From positions 64,001 through 128,000 of the forward strand of contig CAWIEK010000041.1 in assembly GCA_963835065.1 (NCBI GenBank): a DNA stretch of 64,000 nt, given 5' to 3'. Origin of the DNA: an uncultured Chthonomonadaceae bacterium. Its GTDB lineage: Bacteria; Armatimonadota; Chthonomonadetes; Chthonomonadales; Chthonomonadaceae. A model generated the notes under the pieces. That model searched no databases, was not told where the DNA came from, and worked only from the letters and a program-made list of their open reading frames with translations. A program made the translations under genes and the position numbers. How positions within the stretch are numbered: the first letter of the stretch is position 1; each line of letters starts with the position of its first letter. Shown one piece after another: positions 28,886 through 39,437 of the stretch.

Positions 28886-30278
28886 ATACGAGGAGACAAC
28901 TGAAGAACACAGCGCCCTGACTTCCACGCCGCAAACGTTGCTCGGCAAAGAGATACTGCTCGGCGTTACCGGCAGCATTGCCGCGTACAAAGCCGCCGAT
29001 TTGTGCAGCCGCTTGGGGAAATTGGGCACGAATATCCATGTCGCGCTGACGCCTGCCGCCGCGCAATTTGTCGGCGCGGCTACGTTTCGCGCGCTGACGC
29101 GCAATCCCGTTGTCATGGATGTATTCGATGAGCCTGCCGACAAGCGCATCGCCCATATTGATCTGGCGCAGTCCGCCGATTTAGTGTTGGTTGCGCCTGC
29201 AAGCGCGGACATTCTCGCCCGGATGGCGCATGGGCTGGCCGATGACATGCTTTCCACCTGTCTGCTTGCCACGCCGCCCACAACGCCCCTGCTGGTCGCC
29301 CCGGCCATGAATACCGTAATGTGGGAACATCCGGCTACGGTTGCCAACGTACAGACATTGAGGGCGCGGGGAGTTCAGTTTATCGCGCCCGGTTACGGCT
29401 TGCTGGCGTGTCAGGATATGGGCACAGGTAAACTGGCGGATGTGGAAGACATCGTTGCCGCTGTATGCAAGCAACTGGAACCTCAGCCGGATATTGGGCA
29501 GGCAGGCAATGACAACGCCGAAACAGCAAGCCAACATCCAACAACATCGGAAACCGAATCATCCGGGAAATCGTGGCAGGGGAAGCGCGTCCTGATTACC
29601 GCCGGGGCAACCCGCGAACCGCTCGATCCCGTCCGCTTTTTGTCCAATCGTTCCAGTGGCAAAATGGGGTACGCGATTGCCGGGGAAGCCGCCGCGCAGG
29701 GCGCAGTCGTCACACTGGTCAGCGGATTTGCCACCGCCACGCTGCCGCCCGGCGTGTGCGTGGTTTCGGCGCATACGGCGCAGGAGATGCTTGCCGCCTG
29801 CCAATCCCATTTTGCCGACTGCGACGTGTTTATCGCCGCCGCCGCCGTTGCCGACTACGCGCCCGAAACCGTACAAACGCAAAAAATTAAGAAGCCGGAA
29901 TCACCAACAGACAGCAAGCACACAGCGGAAGCAAACGATCCGCAAACGGAAATAGTGACGCTCCGCCTGAAGCGCACACCTGATATTGTGGCAACATTGG
30001 CGCGTTCCAAGCAACCGGGGCAAATCGTCGTCGGCTTCGCGGCGGAAACCGAGCATCTCTTAGCCCATGCCCGCGCCAAACTTGAATCCAAGCGCCTCGA
30101 TCTCATCGTCGCCAACGACATAACGGCGCAAGGCGCAGGTTTCGACACGGACACCAACATCGTCACGCTGCTCTGGCCCAATGGACAAACGCAGGTTCTG
30201 CCCCAAATGTCCAAAAGCGAAGTCGGACGCGAACTCCTTCACGCGCTGTTGCCTTTGTTGCAGGCGCGTGAAATCTAA
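28878..30278 (+). CDS. coaBC: Bifunctional PPC decarboxylase / PPC synthetase
   Basis: GVTGSIAAYK, APAMN, TREPLDPVRFLSNRSSGKMG, GFAAET. Confidence 0.96.
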   Translation: MYEYEETTEEHSALTSTPQTLLGKEILLGVTGSIAAYKAADLCSRLGKLGTNIHVALTPAAAQFVGAATFRALTRNPVVMDVFDEPADKRIAHIDLAQSADLVLVAPASADILARMAHGLADDMLSTCLLATPPTTPLLVAPAMNTVMWEHPATVANVQTLRARGVQFIAPGYGLLACQDMGTGKLADVEDIVAAVCKQLEPQPDIGQAGNDNAETASQHPTTSETESSGKSWQGKRVLITAGATREPLDPVRFLSNRSSGKMGYAIAGEAAAQGAVVTLVSGFATATLPPGVCVVSAHTAQEMLAACQSHFADCDVFIAAAAVADYAPETVQTQKIKKPESPTDSKHTAEANDPQTEIVTLRLKRTPDIVATLARSKQPGQIVVGFAAETEHLLAHARAKLESKRLDLIVANDITAQGAGFDTDTNIVTLLWPNGQTQVLPQMSKSEVGRELLHALLPLLQAREI

Positions 30279-30363
30279 TCTTTATTGTTCTTTTTTCGTT
30301 TTGGTTCGCGTTTTTCGCGGTTCTTCCGTATTCTGTCTTGTCTTTCTTTGGCTGTAATTTTTC

Positions 30364-31480
30364 ATGCTCAACACGCCGCTTCGCAAAAACATGGACTGGC
30401 TCCTGCTGCTGCTGGTATATCTGCTGGCCGTGATTGGCGTTCTGATGATTTTCAGCGCCACGCATGGCGACGCCGCCGCATTCCACAAAAAGCAGATGAT
30501 TTGGATTGTACTTGGCACAGGTGGACTCGCGCTGACCGCCACACTGGATTACCATCTATATACGCGCTTTGCCAAACACCTGTACTGGTTCAATTTGGGC
30601 TTGCTGCTGCTGGTGAAAGTGAAAGGCTCGACAACGAACGGCGCAGCGCGGTGGATAAAAATCGGCGCGTTTCAATTGCAGCCCTCCGAATTTGCCAAAC
30701 TGTTCGTGATACTCACGCTGGGAGTCTGGCTGGCGCGGCGGCAGGAGGAAATCAAGGACTTCAAAACGCTCGGCCTGTCCTTGCTGTACATCAGCGTACC
30801 GACGTATTTGATTTTGAAACAGCCGGATTTGGGAACCGCGCTGGTGATTCTTGCCATCTGGTTCGGCATGACTTATATGGCGGGCGCAAAGTTAAAGCAT
30901 CTGGCCGCGTTTGGACTGGCGGGCGTGGGATTGTTCAGCCTGATGCTGTGGACGGGCAAAATCAACAAGTATCAGGGGGATCGGCTGGCAACGTTCTGGT
31001 CGCAGTTCACGGGCAAGGAAGACGCGGGCGCGAAAAAGGAAGGCTACCACGTCGTGCAGGCGCGTATCGCCATCGGGTCGGGCGGATTATGGGGCAAGGG
31101 GTATCTGCACAGTACGCAGGTGCGCGGCGGCTACGTGCCGGAAAAACAAACCGATTTTATTTTTACCACAGTCGGCGAGGAATGGGGGTTTGTGGGCGCA
31201 TTGGCGCTGACGGCGATTGTACGGCCTGCTGCTGTGGCGCGGGACGCAAATCATTGTCGCCGCCGATGAAGATGTATTGGGCAAATTAATCGCGACGGGC
31301 ATCGTCACCATGCTGACGTTCCATATCGTTGTCAACATCGGCATGAACATCGGCATCGTGCCGGTTGCGGGCGTTCCCCTGCCTCTTGTCTCGTCGGGCG
31401 GCAGCAACATGCTGCTCACGCTGGCGGCTATCGGCCTGCTGCAAAGCATCCTGCGCCACCGCCACCAGTTGCTGTTCTGA
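30364..31480 (+). CDS. rodA: Rod-shape-determining SEDS protein RodA (frameshift near 31215)
   Basis: GAARWI, QPSEFAK, QPDLGT, IAIGSGG, TDFIF..GEEWG; second frame supplies GVPLPLVSSGGS. Confidence 0.88.
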
Positions 31481-31542
31481 GGTTAGGGTTTTAAGGTTTT
31501 AGGGGTTGGGTATTGGGTTTGTACCTTACACAAGGCGCGCTT

Positions 31543-32796
31543 ATGGCAATCAACGGCGACAAATTGGCGGTGGAGGGTGGGAGGCCGGTTCGGGACGTTG
31601 CGCGGCGTCCCTGGCCGGCATGGCCGGTTTATGACGCGGCGGAAGAACGCGCTTTGCTGGACACGCTGCATAGCGGGCATTGGTGGCGCGGAGAAGGCGA
31701 GCAGGGACGATTGTTTGAGCAGGAATTTGCCGCGTACCATTCAGCCAAACATGGCGCGGGCTGCGCTAATGGAACCGCCGCTCTGGAGATTGCGCTGCGG
31801 GCGCTCAATATCGGATATGGCGACGAAGTGATTCTGCCCGCGTATACCTTTATCGCAACGGCAAGCGCTATTCTTGCGGTGGGCGCAGCCCCGGTTTTCG
31901 CGGATATTGACCCCCATACGCTGACCCTTGATGCCGCTTCCGCCGCGTCCCTCATCACGCCCCGAACGCGCGCCCTGCTTCCCGTTCACGTTGCGGGACG
32001 CCCCGCCGACCTTGATGCGCTGCTTGCCCTTGCCCAACTACACAATTTACCGTTAATCGAAGATGCGGCGCAGGCGCATGGAGCCGCGTGGCGCAATACG
32101 CCCGTCGGGGCCATCGGCAGCATAGGAATATTCAGTTTTCAGGCCAGCAAAAACCTTAACGGCGGCGAAGGCGGCATGGTTGTGACCAATGACGACGCGC
32201 TTGCCGAGCGCGTTGAATCCATAATCAACGTGGGCTGGAGCGGGCAGGGCAGCCGCCGCTACGCGCAGCCGGTACATCCCGGCAATTACCGTCCGGGCGA
32301 ATTCCAATCCGCTATTCTGCGCGTTCAATTGACGCGCCTGCCCCAACAAACCGCGCAGCGGCAGGCCAATGCGAATTATCTTCGCTCCCTGCTGGCCTCC
32401 CTTGACGGCATTTTACTGCCCTTCGATGACCCACGCATCACAAGCCATGCGTACCACTTATTCACGTTCCGCTTTGTTTCCGAACGGTTCGGCGGGCATA
32501 GTGCCGGGGAACTCGCTCACGCCCTGCGCGCGGAAGGCATTCCTTGTTCAGCCGGGTACGCGCCTCTGTACCGCGAAACGCCATTTGCGCAATATGCCCC
32601 GCAACTGGTAAACTCATGCAGGGCAAACGCCACGCAGAACGATTTCGTGAACTACGCGGACGTTGTTCTTCCGCATTGCGAGCAGGTCTGCCGCGATACC
32701 CTGTGGCTGCCGCAAACACTGTTGCTTGCCGCGCCCGACGACATGGACGATGTTGCCGCCGCCCTGATAAAAATCCGGCAAGCATGGCAAAATTGA
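31543..32796 (+). CDS. DegT/DnrJ/EryC1/StrS aminotransferase
   Basis: NGTAALE, IEDAAQAHGA, FSFQASKNLNGGEGG. Confidence 0.92.
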   Translation: MAINGDKLAVEGGRPVRDVARRPWPAWPVYDAAEERALLDTLHSGHWWRGEGEQGRLFEQEFAAYHSAKHGAGCANGTAALEIALRALNIGYGDEVILPAYTFIATASAILAVGAAPVFADIDPHTLTLDAASAASLITPRTRALLPVHVAGRPADLDALLALAQLHNLPLIEDAAQAHGAAWRNTPVGAIGSIGIFSFQASKNLNGGEGGMVVTNDDALAERVESIINVGWSGQGSRRYAQPVHPGNYRPGEFQSAILRVQLTRLPQQTAQRQANANYLRSLLASLDGILLPFDDPRITSHAYHLFTFRFVSERFGGHSAGELAHALRAEGIPCSAGYAPLYRETPFAQYAPQLVNSCRANATQNDFVNYADVVLPHCEQVCRDTLWLPQTLLLAAPDDMDDVAAALIKIRQAWQN

Positions 32797-32948
32797 TAGA
32801 CTGCCGATAGTTGCAAAAAAAGCGTTGTCGGTGCTATCATTAGGCGGCTTTAACGCCTGAACGATACCGTTCAAGGCCGCCCCTGTTTGGAGAAAGGAAT
32901 GTGCCCTCGCGCCCGCTATAGAAGACGGCGTGTTGAGCCGCAGACGGC

Positions 32949-34250
32949 ATGAATATCCTGCAAATCGTTTCGGCCTCGCGCACCGGCGGCGTGGAGCGCC
33001 ATGTGGTTGTACTCAGTGAAATTTTGCGACGGCGCGGCCACAACGTTACCGCCATTTGCCCGCCCGGCGAGTGGCTGCCCGATCAATTACGGCATGTGGG
33101 CGTCCCGGTGGAAGAAATCATTATGCGCGGCATGGAGTCGTGCAAAATTGCCCGGCTGCTGCCCCAATTCGTCCGCGCCCATAAGATAGACCTCATCCAT
33201 TCCCACCTGACTCGCGCCACCTACTTTGCCTGCTACACAGGCCGCATGGCGCGTCTGCCGGTGGTTTCCTCCGTTCATGTGATGACGCGCGATATTGCCT
33301 ATCGGCGCTTGTTTCGCAGGCCCGGAAATCAAATCGTCACTGTTTCCGAATATCTGCGGCAGGCGCTGCTGCATCAGGGTATCCCCGGCGAACACGTCCG
33401 CACCATCCACAACGGAACCGATTTCTGCGCTTCGGAATTGCCGACGGTTGACGAACTGCCCATTGTCGGCGAATGGCCTACTACAGAAACGGAAAATTTG
33501 CGCGAATTGGAACTGTGCGCGACAGGCGCGAGGCGCTTTCCGCCCCTGCCGGAAGCCGCCGATGTCGAAACCGCTTTACGCGCGCTGTCAGGCGCAAGAG
33601 GGATGGAAACCATCGGCGGTGGCCGCGATATGAGCGCGCAATCCCGGCCCCGGCAGGATGTTCTCACCGTTCATTCCGAGTGGAGCATACCGCAGGATGC
33701 GGAACTCATCGGGCTATTTGCCCGCATGGAAGAATTCAAAGGCCCGTTTGTGCTGACGCAGGCCGCGCGCCAAATTGTCGCTTCCCGCCCCCGCGCTTAT
33801 ATCTTCTTCGTTGGCCCTATCGAGCCGAACGTACAGCAGGAATTGTCGGAAATCGCCGACGCGAACGGCGTTGTTGATCGCCTGCGCTTCACGGGCCAGC
33901 GCAACGATGTGCGCCGCCTGATGAGCGCTATGGACGTGGTCACACTGCCGTCGCGTTATGAAGCGTGCAGCATGGCGATACTGGAAGCGATGGCGCTGGG
34001 CAAGCCTGTGGTCGCAACCCGCGCCGGAGGTAATCCCGAACTGATCCGCGACGGCGAAACCGGGCTGCTCATCGAGCGCACCCCCGAAGCGCTTGCGCAG
34101 GCCATTATCCGCCTGCTTTCCAATCCATCTCAACGGGCGCAAATGGGCGCAGCCGCGCATGATCGCGCCCAGACCTCGTTTTCCGCCGGCGTTATGGTCA
34201 GCCAGATCGAATCGCTGTACCACGAAATGCTGACACAAAATGCTAGATAA
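32949..34250 (+). CDS. Glycosyltransferase family 4 with an insertion of about 80 aa
   Basis: GGVERHV, IHNG.D, PSRYEACSMAILEAMALGKPVVATRAGG. Confidence 0.9.
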   Translation: MNILQIVSASRTGGVERHVVVLSEILRRRGHNVTAICPPGEWLPDQLRHVGVPVEEIIMRGMESCKIARLLPQFVRAHKIDLIHSHLTRATYFACYTGRMARLPVVSSVHVMTRDIAYRRLFRRPGNQIVTVSEYLRQALLHQGIPGEHVRTIHNGTDFCASELPTVDELPIVGEWPTTETENLRELELCATGARRFPPLPEAADVETALRALSGARGMETIGGGRDMSAQSRPRQDVLTVHSEWSIPQDAELIGLFARMEEFKGPFVLTQAARQIVASRPRAYIFFVGPIEPNVQQELSEIADANGVVDRLRFTGQRNDVRRLMSAMDVVTLPSRYEACSMAILEAMALGKPVVATRAGGNPELIRDGETGLLIERTPEALAQAIIRLLSNPSQRAQMGAAAHDRAQTSFSAGVMVSQIESLYHEMLTQNAR

Positions 34251-34553
34251 ACCTCCTGCGTTCCCCACATTCTCATGCCTGAAAAACTCAGTTCAAAAGA
34301 ACAACCTCGTACAAAATACGGGAACATGCTGACAGAAAGTGGCGTCTTTACCGCCGTACAGCGTTTGATGCAGCCGGATCATGATGTTCGCTGCTCTACA
34401 CGAGCGCTGTTCTGCTCAACATGTTCGCCCCCGCGCCTGAAATCAGGGATAATGTTGTAGATAGTCTCCGTTTCCGCTGTGGCTTTGGGACATAACACAA
34501 TCAGGTTGCGCGTTCATTGGCGGTTTCATCAAGTTTTGAAAGGAACACCCGCG

Positions 34554-35868
34554 ATGGTCGCACGTTCGTTTGTCTGGGCGCTCATGGTGAGCGCCTTTGT
34601 TTCGTCCTGGGGGCTTTGCGCGCCTGTTCGCGCCCAAATCGGAACTCTTGCCGGTTCCGTCGTAGATCAGCAAACCGGTTCCGGGATCGCCGGAGCCATC
34701 GTTACTTCAGGGGGGCGGCAGGCCACTACCGACGCGCAGGGACACTACACGCTCACTCAGGTGTCCTACTCCGCCACCAGCATTGCCGCTTCGGCAGCCC
34801 GGTATCTGTCCGGTTCCGTTACGATCAACATCACCAATTGGGCCACCGGCTCTGCGCCCACTATTTCTCTCAAACCGGCTCCAACGAATACTATCGCGTG
34901 GAACGGCGGGAATTGGTACCTGGCAGGCAACAACTACGCCTGGTGGAACTACGGCACGGACTTCGGCACAGGCGGCTTCGGCAAGTACACCAACTTCACT
35001 CAGATCAACTCCGACTTCGCCACCATGCACAGCCAGCATGTGACGACAAGCCGCTGGTTCGTCTTTGCCGATGGGCGCTACTCCCCGGAGTTCGACGGCA
35101 GCGGCAACGTGACCGGCTTGGACAGCCAGTTCTTCTCGGACATAGACACCGCCTTGCAGATCGCCCACAACAACAATGTCTACCTCATCCTCAACCTCGC
35201 CGACTTCCTGATGTGGACAGGGCCGCGCACAAGCGGCACAGTCAGCGGCGGCGGACACGCTTCGATGGTGACAAACGCGGCGGTGCAGCAAAGTTACCTG
35301 GAGAATGCTGTCAAGCCCCTGCTCTTGCACATCGCTGCCAGTCCCTACAAGAACAACGTTCTGGCGTATGACATCATCAACGAACCCGAATACACCATTA
35401 GTGAGATCACCGGCGGCGGCTTACCCTTAGCGCAGGTGCAAACCTTTGTGAAGAACTGCGCCACTTACATCCATCAGTACAGTGGCGGCGCGTATGCCAC
35501 ACTTGGCTCAGGAACGCCTCAGTGGGTGGGCTACTGGAAAGGGTTGGGGCTGGACTTCTACCAACTGCACTACTACCCCAACTTCGACGGCAACGGACCG
35601 GGCAGTGGCTTGCCGCCCTATGCGAGTTTAGGATCTGGACAAGCCCTGCATTGTGGGCGAGTTCGCCACCAACGACAACTCCTACACGGTGGGTGACACC
35701 ACGCCTCTCAGCGCGCAGTGGCACTTGGACACCATCTTCAAGTACGGCTACGCGGGCGCGTTAGGCTGGAGCTACGAACCCATTGACAACGAAGGCAACT
35801 GGAATGCCTTCGCGCCCGTGTTCACCAACTGGGTCAACGGTCACACCGCGGTTGCCGGACCGCAATAA
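34554..35868 (+). CDS. Exported GH5-like (clan GH-A) glycoside hydrolase with N-terminal carboxypeptidase-regulatory-like domain (frameshift near 35630)
   Basis: Signal peptide; GSVVD..TG..IAGA domain; YDIINEPE acid/base, QLHYY, and VGEF nucleophile in the second frame. Confidence 0.8.
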
Positions 35869-35890
35869 AAGCGGAGAGGAGAAGAGGAGA

Positions 35891-36075
35891 GGGGAGAATA
35901 TAGAAACCGCGAAACACACGAACTAAACGAAAAAAGACAAAAGAACAGAGAGAAGCATCGAAAGAACCTTATGGATGGGCTTCTTAGCTTTGCCTCCTTT
36001 TGCCTCTTTGCGGTTCTTTTCGCCTTTCCTGTTTTCGTCTTGGTTCGTGTGTTTCGCGGTTTCTATATTCTCCCC
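35891..36075. repeat. Hairpin element with perfect 33-bp inverted arms
   Basis: ggggagaatatagaaaccgcgaaacacacgaac / gttcgtgtgtttcgcggtttctatattctcccc; right arm overlaps the stop of 36063..36281. Confidence 0.92.
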
Positions 36076-36281
36076 CTTTCGTCCTCCTCTTCATGGAGTT
36101 CGGCAAACGCCATATAGGGAGGAAGGGAGCGCCCCTGTTCTTCCAACTCCTTTTGTTCCGCTTTGAACTGCGCGATGCGGCGGTCCAGGCGTCGGGCGTT
36201 GCGAAACGCTTGTCCCGCCGTGAACGCCAGCAGAAACACTCCCAGACACAAAAACATCACCTTGAACAGTACGCCAAACAT
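36063..36281 (-). CDS. Small single-TM protein
   Basis: AAGGAAG RBS; hydrophobic N-terminus followed by a charged helix. Confidence 0.65.
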   Translation of the reverse strand: MFGVLFKVMFLCLGVFLLAFTAGQAFRNARRLDRRIAQFKAEQKELEEQGRSLPPYMAFAELHEEEDERGRI

Positions 36282-36449
36282 GCGCCGTAACTTCCTTCCG
36301 TGCCGAATACAACCGTCAATCTTATACGTTCAGTATACGCTATCCGGCTTTTCACCGCAAATCCGGCAGGAAGAAGCCACGTATTTGACGAACAAACACC
36401 AGGCATTGCATCTTCTGTCTTCTGTCTTCTTCTCAGGGAGTTCAAGCGC

Positions 36450-37580
36450 GTGAGAGTGGTTTTGCTTATTGTTGGTTTGTGGGTGGTTGTTGGCGCGGGG
36501 CGATGGCTGTGGCTGCGCCTGCCTGCCGGCAGGCGCAAACCGGTACGTGACATAGCAGGCTACGCGGTTCTGGTTGCGTTTTCGTTTCTGTTTGTCGGGC
36601 CGTTTGTGTGGATGCTGTCCACGTCCCTGAAATCCGATACGCAGGTGTTGAGCGCGGAAACGCATTGGCTGCCGACCGTACCGACCGTCAGGGTTCATAA
36701 GCAGGACGAAAACGGATTGTGGCAGGACGTGTACCAGCCGATTCAAACCCTCGCGGAACCGACGGGCGGCGAACCGGCGTATGTGGCCGTCACGCAGGAA
36801 CACGACGACGGCACAAGCGAAATACGCGGCGTGGCGAACGGCAAATTGACGGAGCCGGGCAAAACTGTTTCCGATTCGCGCCTGCGCCCCGCGCATTGGC
36901 TGGCCCCGCAATGGCACAATTACCCCGACGCGCTGACTTCGTTTCCCTTTGTCCGCTACACGCTCAATACGCTTGTGATCTGCCTGCTGACCATGATCGG
37001 AACCGTGCTTTCCGCCGCTCTGCCCGCGTATGGCTTTGCGCGGCTGCGCTGGAAGGGGCGCGAAGCCCTGTTTTTCCTGCTGATCGCCACCATCATGCTG
37101 CCGCCGCAGGTGACGATGCTGCCCGTATTTTTGATTTTCCGCGCGCTGCACTGGACGGGAACCCTGCTGCCGCTTGTCGTGCCCTCATTTTTCGGTTCGG
37201 CGTTTTATATCTTTTTGCTCCGGCAGTTCTTTATGACAATTCCGCAGGAGCTTTCCGACGCCGCGCGCATTGACGGCTGCTCGGAACTAGGTATCCTGTG
37301 GCGGATACTCGCGCCGATTGCCCGTCCCGCCCTGGCAACCGTCGCGCTTTTGTCCTTCACATCCGCATGGATGGACTTTGCCGGGCCGCTGATTTATCTG
37401 CACGACGAGCGCACCTATACATTGGCGATTGGCTTGATGGCGTTTTTAGGACGGCACGGCGGCGACTGGAGCCTGCTCATGGCGGCCAGCATGGTGATGA
37501 CCCTGCCCATGCTGGTGTTATTCTTCTTCGCCCAGCGCACCTACATACAGGGCATTGCCTTAACCGGCTTAAAAGGATGA
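36450..37580 (+). CDS. Carbohydrate ABC transporter permease (MalG-like)
   Basis: PFVWMLSTSLK, QELSDAARIDG EAA loop, QRTYIQGI; GTG start after AGGGAG. Confidence 0.9.
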   Translation: MRVVLLIVGLWVVVGAGRWLWLRLPAGRRKPVRDIAGYAVLVAFSFLFVGPFVWMLSTSLKSDTQVLSAETHWLPTVPTVRVHKQDENGLWQDVYQPIQTLAEPTGGEPAYVAVTQEHDDGTSEIRGVANGKLTEPGKTVSDSRLRPAHWLAPQWHNYPDALTSFPFVRYTLNTLVICLLTMIGTVLSAALPAYGFARLRWKGREALFFLLIATIMLPPQVTMLPVFLIFRALHWTGTLLPLVVPSFFGSAFYIFLLRQFFMTIPQELSDAARIDGCSELGILWRILAPIARPALATVALLSFTSAWMDFAGPLIYLHDERTYTLAIGLMAFLGRHGGDWSLLMAASMVMTLPMLVLFFFAQRTYIQGIALTGLKG

Positions 37581-37687
37581 GCAAACCGCGAAAGACACGA
37601 AATAAACGAAAAGAGACAAAAACAGACAGAATTAAAAGAGTTTTCAGGTTCATGCCGGGAATGGATCAGGCATGGTGTGGTTCTCCT

Positions 37688-38038
37688 TCAATCCCACCAA
37701 AGGACGAGAACGCGCCCTCCATTGCGCGTTCCCATGCGGGAGTCCGCCTCTTTCGCGGAAAGCCAGTGAACCTCTGCCGTCCAACTATTCGCCAGTTCTT
37801 CCAACTGGGCATCATTCGCGCCGGAAGAGAGAATGTAAAGCGTGTCGGCGTTCCAGTGGTTATCTTCCAGATCGCGCAGGCAGATTAAGTCGGAAGGATG
37901 ATCCCGCGTCAGCAGGCAGGCTCGCCACCAGTCTTGATGCTTTCGCAAATCGGCAGCGACTCTTTCTCCCTCCATCGCGTTGTAGTTCGTACTTTCAATG
38001 AGCCGCAGCTGCAGTTCCTGAATTTTGCTGATAGTCAC
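37688..38038 (-). CDS. Hypothetical protein ending in LWWD
   Basis: 116-aa ORF starting 3 nt after the DUF433 stop; protein-like composition. Confidence 0.7.
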   Translation of the reverse strand: MTISKIQELQLRLIESTNYNAMEGERVAADLRKHQDWWRACLLTRDHPSDLICLRDLEDNHWNADTLYILSSGANDAQLEELANSWTAEVHWLSAKEADSRMGTRNGGRVLVLWWD

Positions 38039-38041
38039 GAA

Positions 38042-38374
38042 TCACGCCTCCTCGTTTGCTCGTATCTGCTGTTCAACTTCCGCATGATGAGCCCGTACAT
38101 ACGCCCATGCATGCGCCAGATCATCGGCATGAAGTGTTGGGTATGAGCGAAGCAGGTCAGCCTCGTTGATCCCAAGCTGCCGCGCCTGCTCCAATGCCCA
38201 AACAGGTATGCGAGTGCCGATAATGCAGGGGTCTCCTCCACAGACGCTGGGAATGCTTTCCACGCCAGGAAACGTCTCACCTAAATCGTTGGCAACCCAT
38301 TGCAGCAACTGCGCTTTTTCCGCCCGCGTCATGCCGAACAACAACTTTTCCGCCTGTTGTAATGCCTGTGTCAT
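38042..38374 (-). CDS. DUF433 family putative antitoxin
   Basis: PSVCGGDPCIIGTRIPV...LLRSYPTL..DD motif. Confidence 0.9.
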   Translation of the reverse strand: MTQALQQAEKLLFGMTRAEKAQLLQWVANDLGETFPGVESIPSVCGGDPCIIGTRIPVWALEQARQLGINEADLLRSYPTLHADDLAHAWAYVRAHHAEVEQQIRANEEA

Positions 38375-38403
38375 AGCTGTTTCCTAAAAGATATAGACCT
38401 GCC

Positions 38404-38925
38404 TCAGCCAAATAGACGCACTCGTCCCTTTGCAGGAGTATTTTCGGTAACACCATGCCGCAGTTTACCTTTGTGCTTTTTCGAATTAGCGGTAGTCTTT
38501 TGCCGCTCTTCCTGCACCCATTTATTCGCCGCCTTCATGTACTGGTTTTCACATTTAGCGCAGACATTTTCACCGTCACATTTCTGTGCAGCTTGTATTA
38601 AGGCCAGACCACACAGGTAAATGGTGTCTGTGGTACTTTGTTGCCAATGGCTTACTCCACTGGCTGTACGCATCCATCGTCCACCTGACAGCCTTTGCTT
38701 CTCATGGTCTAACGCAGCCTTCTCCTGTCTACGTTGCGCTTTATCAGACGCGGCAAGTTTGCGGCTGCATTGATGTTGCGGCCAACTGCCGCCAAGTTCC
38801 TCAAAGAAAACTTTGCTGCCGCAGTCGCACCAGAAATAGAATACGTTTACTCCGCAAGCGCTGCAGCGAGACGGCCGCGTTCTCGCATTGCACCAATCCC
38901 CATGAGAAATGCCGTTGTAGTCCAT
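38404..38925 (-). CDS. Cys-rich hypothetical protein (putative Zn-binding)
   Basis: CxxCG..VFY..CDCGSKVFF..LG..WPxHxC; GGAG RBS. Confidence 0.65.
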   Translation of the reverse strand: MDYNGISHGDWCNARTRPSRCSACGVNVFYFWCDCGSKVFFEELGGSWPQHQCSRKLAASDKAQRRQEKAALDHEKQRLSGGRWMRTASGVSHWQQSTTDTIYLCGLALIQAAQKCDGENVCAKCENQYMKAANKWVQEERQKTTANSKKHKGKLRHGVTENTPAKGRVRLFG

Positions 38926-38984
38926 TTACTACTCTCCGATTTGCGGAAAACTCAAAAGCAGGTCAATGATAAGTCTACTGCTTC

Positions 38985-39434
38985 TTACCAACACATCACG
39001 GCGTCAACAATTGCATTTACTGCCTCGTTAGTTAGCGGAGCCAGCATTGTGTCGTAGTTTGTTCGCAGATGCTTGCCCAATTCGTCACAAATGGGTTCCA
39101 GCAGCCAGCGCCAGGAACCTTTGTCATCTATCATGTCGAACACAAACAAGCAGACAGGCAAGGAAATGTTCTTTAATTCGGATTCTTGTTGCTGTGTCGC
39201 ATAAAGACGTTCTGGAGAGTTATGGCGTCCTCCCTTTCTCCCGGAAACGAACCCCTTTGTAACGACGGCAAAGGTTCGGTTTTCCTCGTTTTTCCGCCCC
39301 GGCAGTTTTACAAGTAAGTCAAGGGCAACGTCCTGCGAACAGGCAGTAACAGTAATGTCTTCGCGGCGCGTCAGCAAAACAATGGCAAGCTGCGTTGCGC
39401 GATACGCGACCAAGTCTTTTTCAATCGTTGCCAT
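38985..39434 (-). CDS. DUF4365-like protein (degenerate PD-(D/E)xK fold)
   Basis: DVALDLLV...FAVVTKG...PVCLFVFDM; coupled to the upstream gene. Confidence 0.6.
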   Translation of the reverse strand: MATIEKDLVAYRATQLAIVLLTRREDITVTACSQDVALDLLVKLPGRKNEENRTFAVVTKGFVSGRKGGRHNSPERLYATQQQESELKNISLPVCLFVFDMIDDKGSWRWLLEPICDELGKHLRTNYDTMLAPLTNEAVNAIVDAVMCW

Positions 39435-39437
39435 GCG

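Noticed and set aside
31481..31520. G/T-rich short repeats after rodA (also 24868-24895)
   Set aside because: Degenerate and lacking an inverted partner; possibly old arms of the hairpin family but too weak to call
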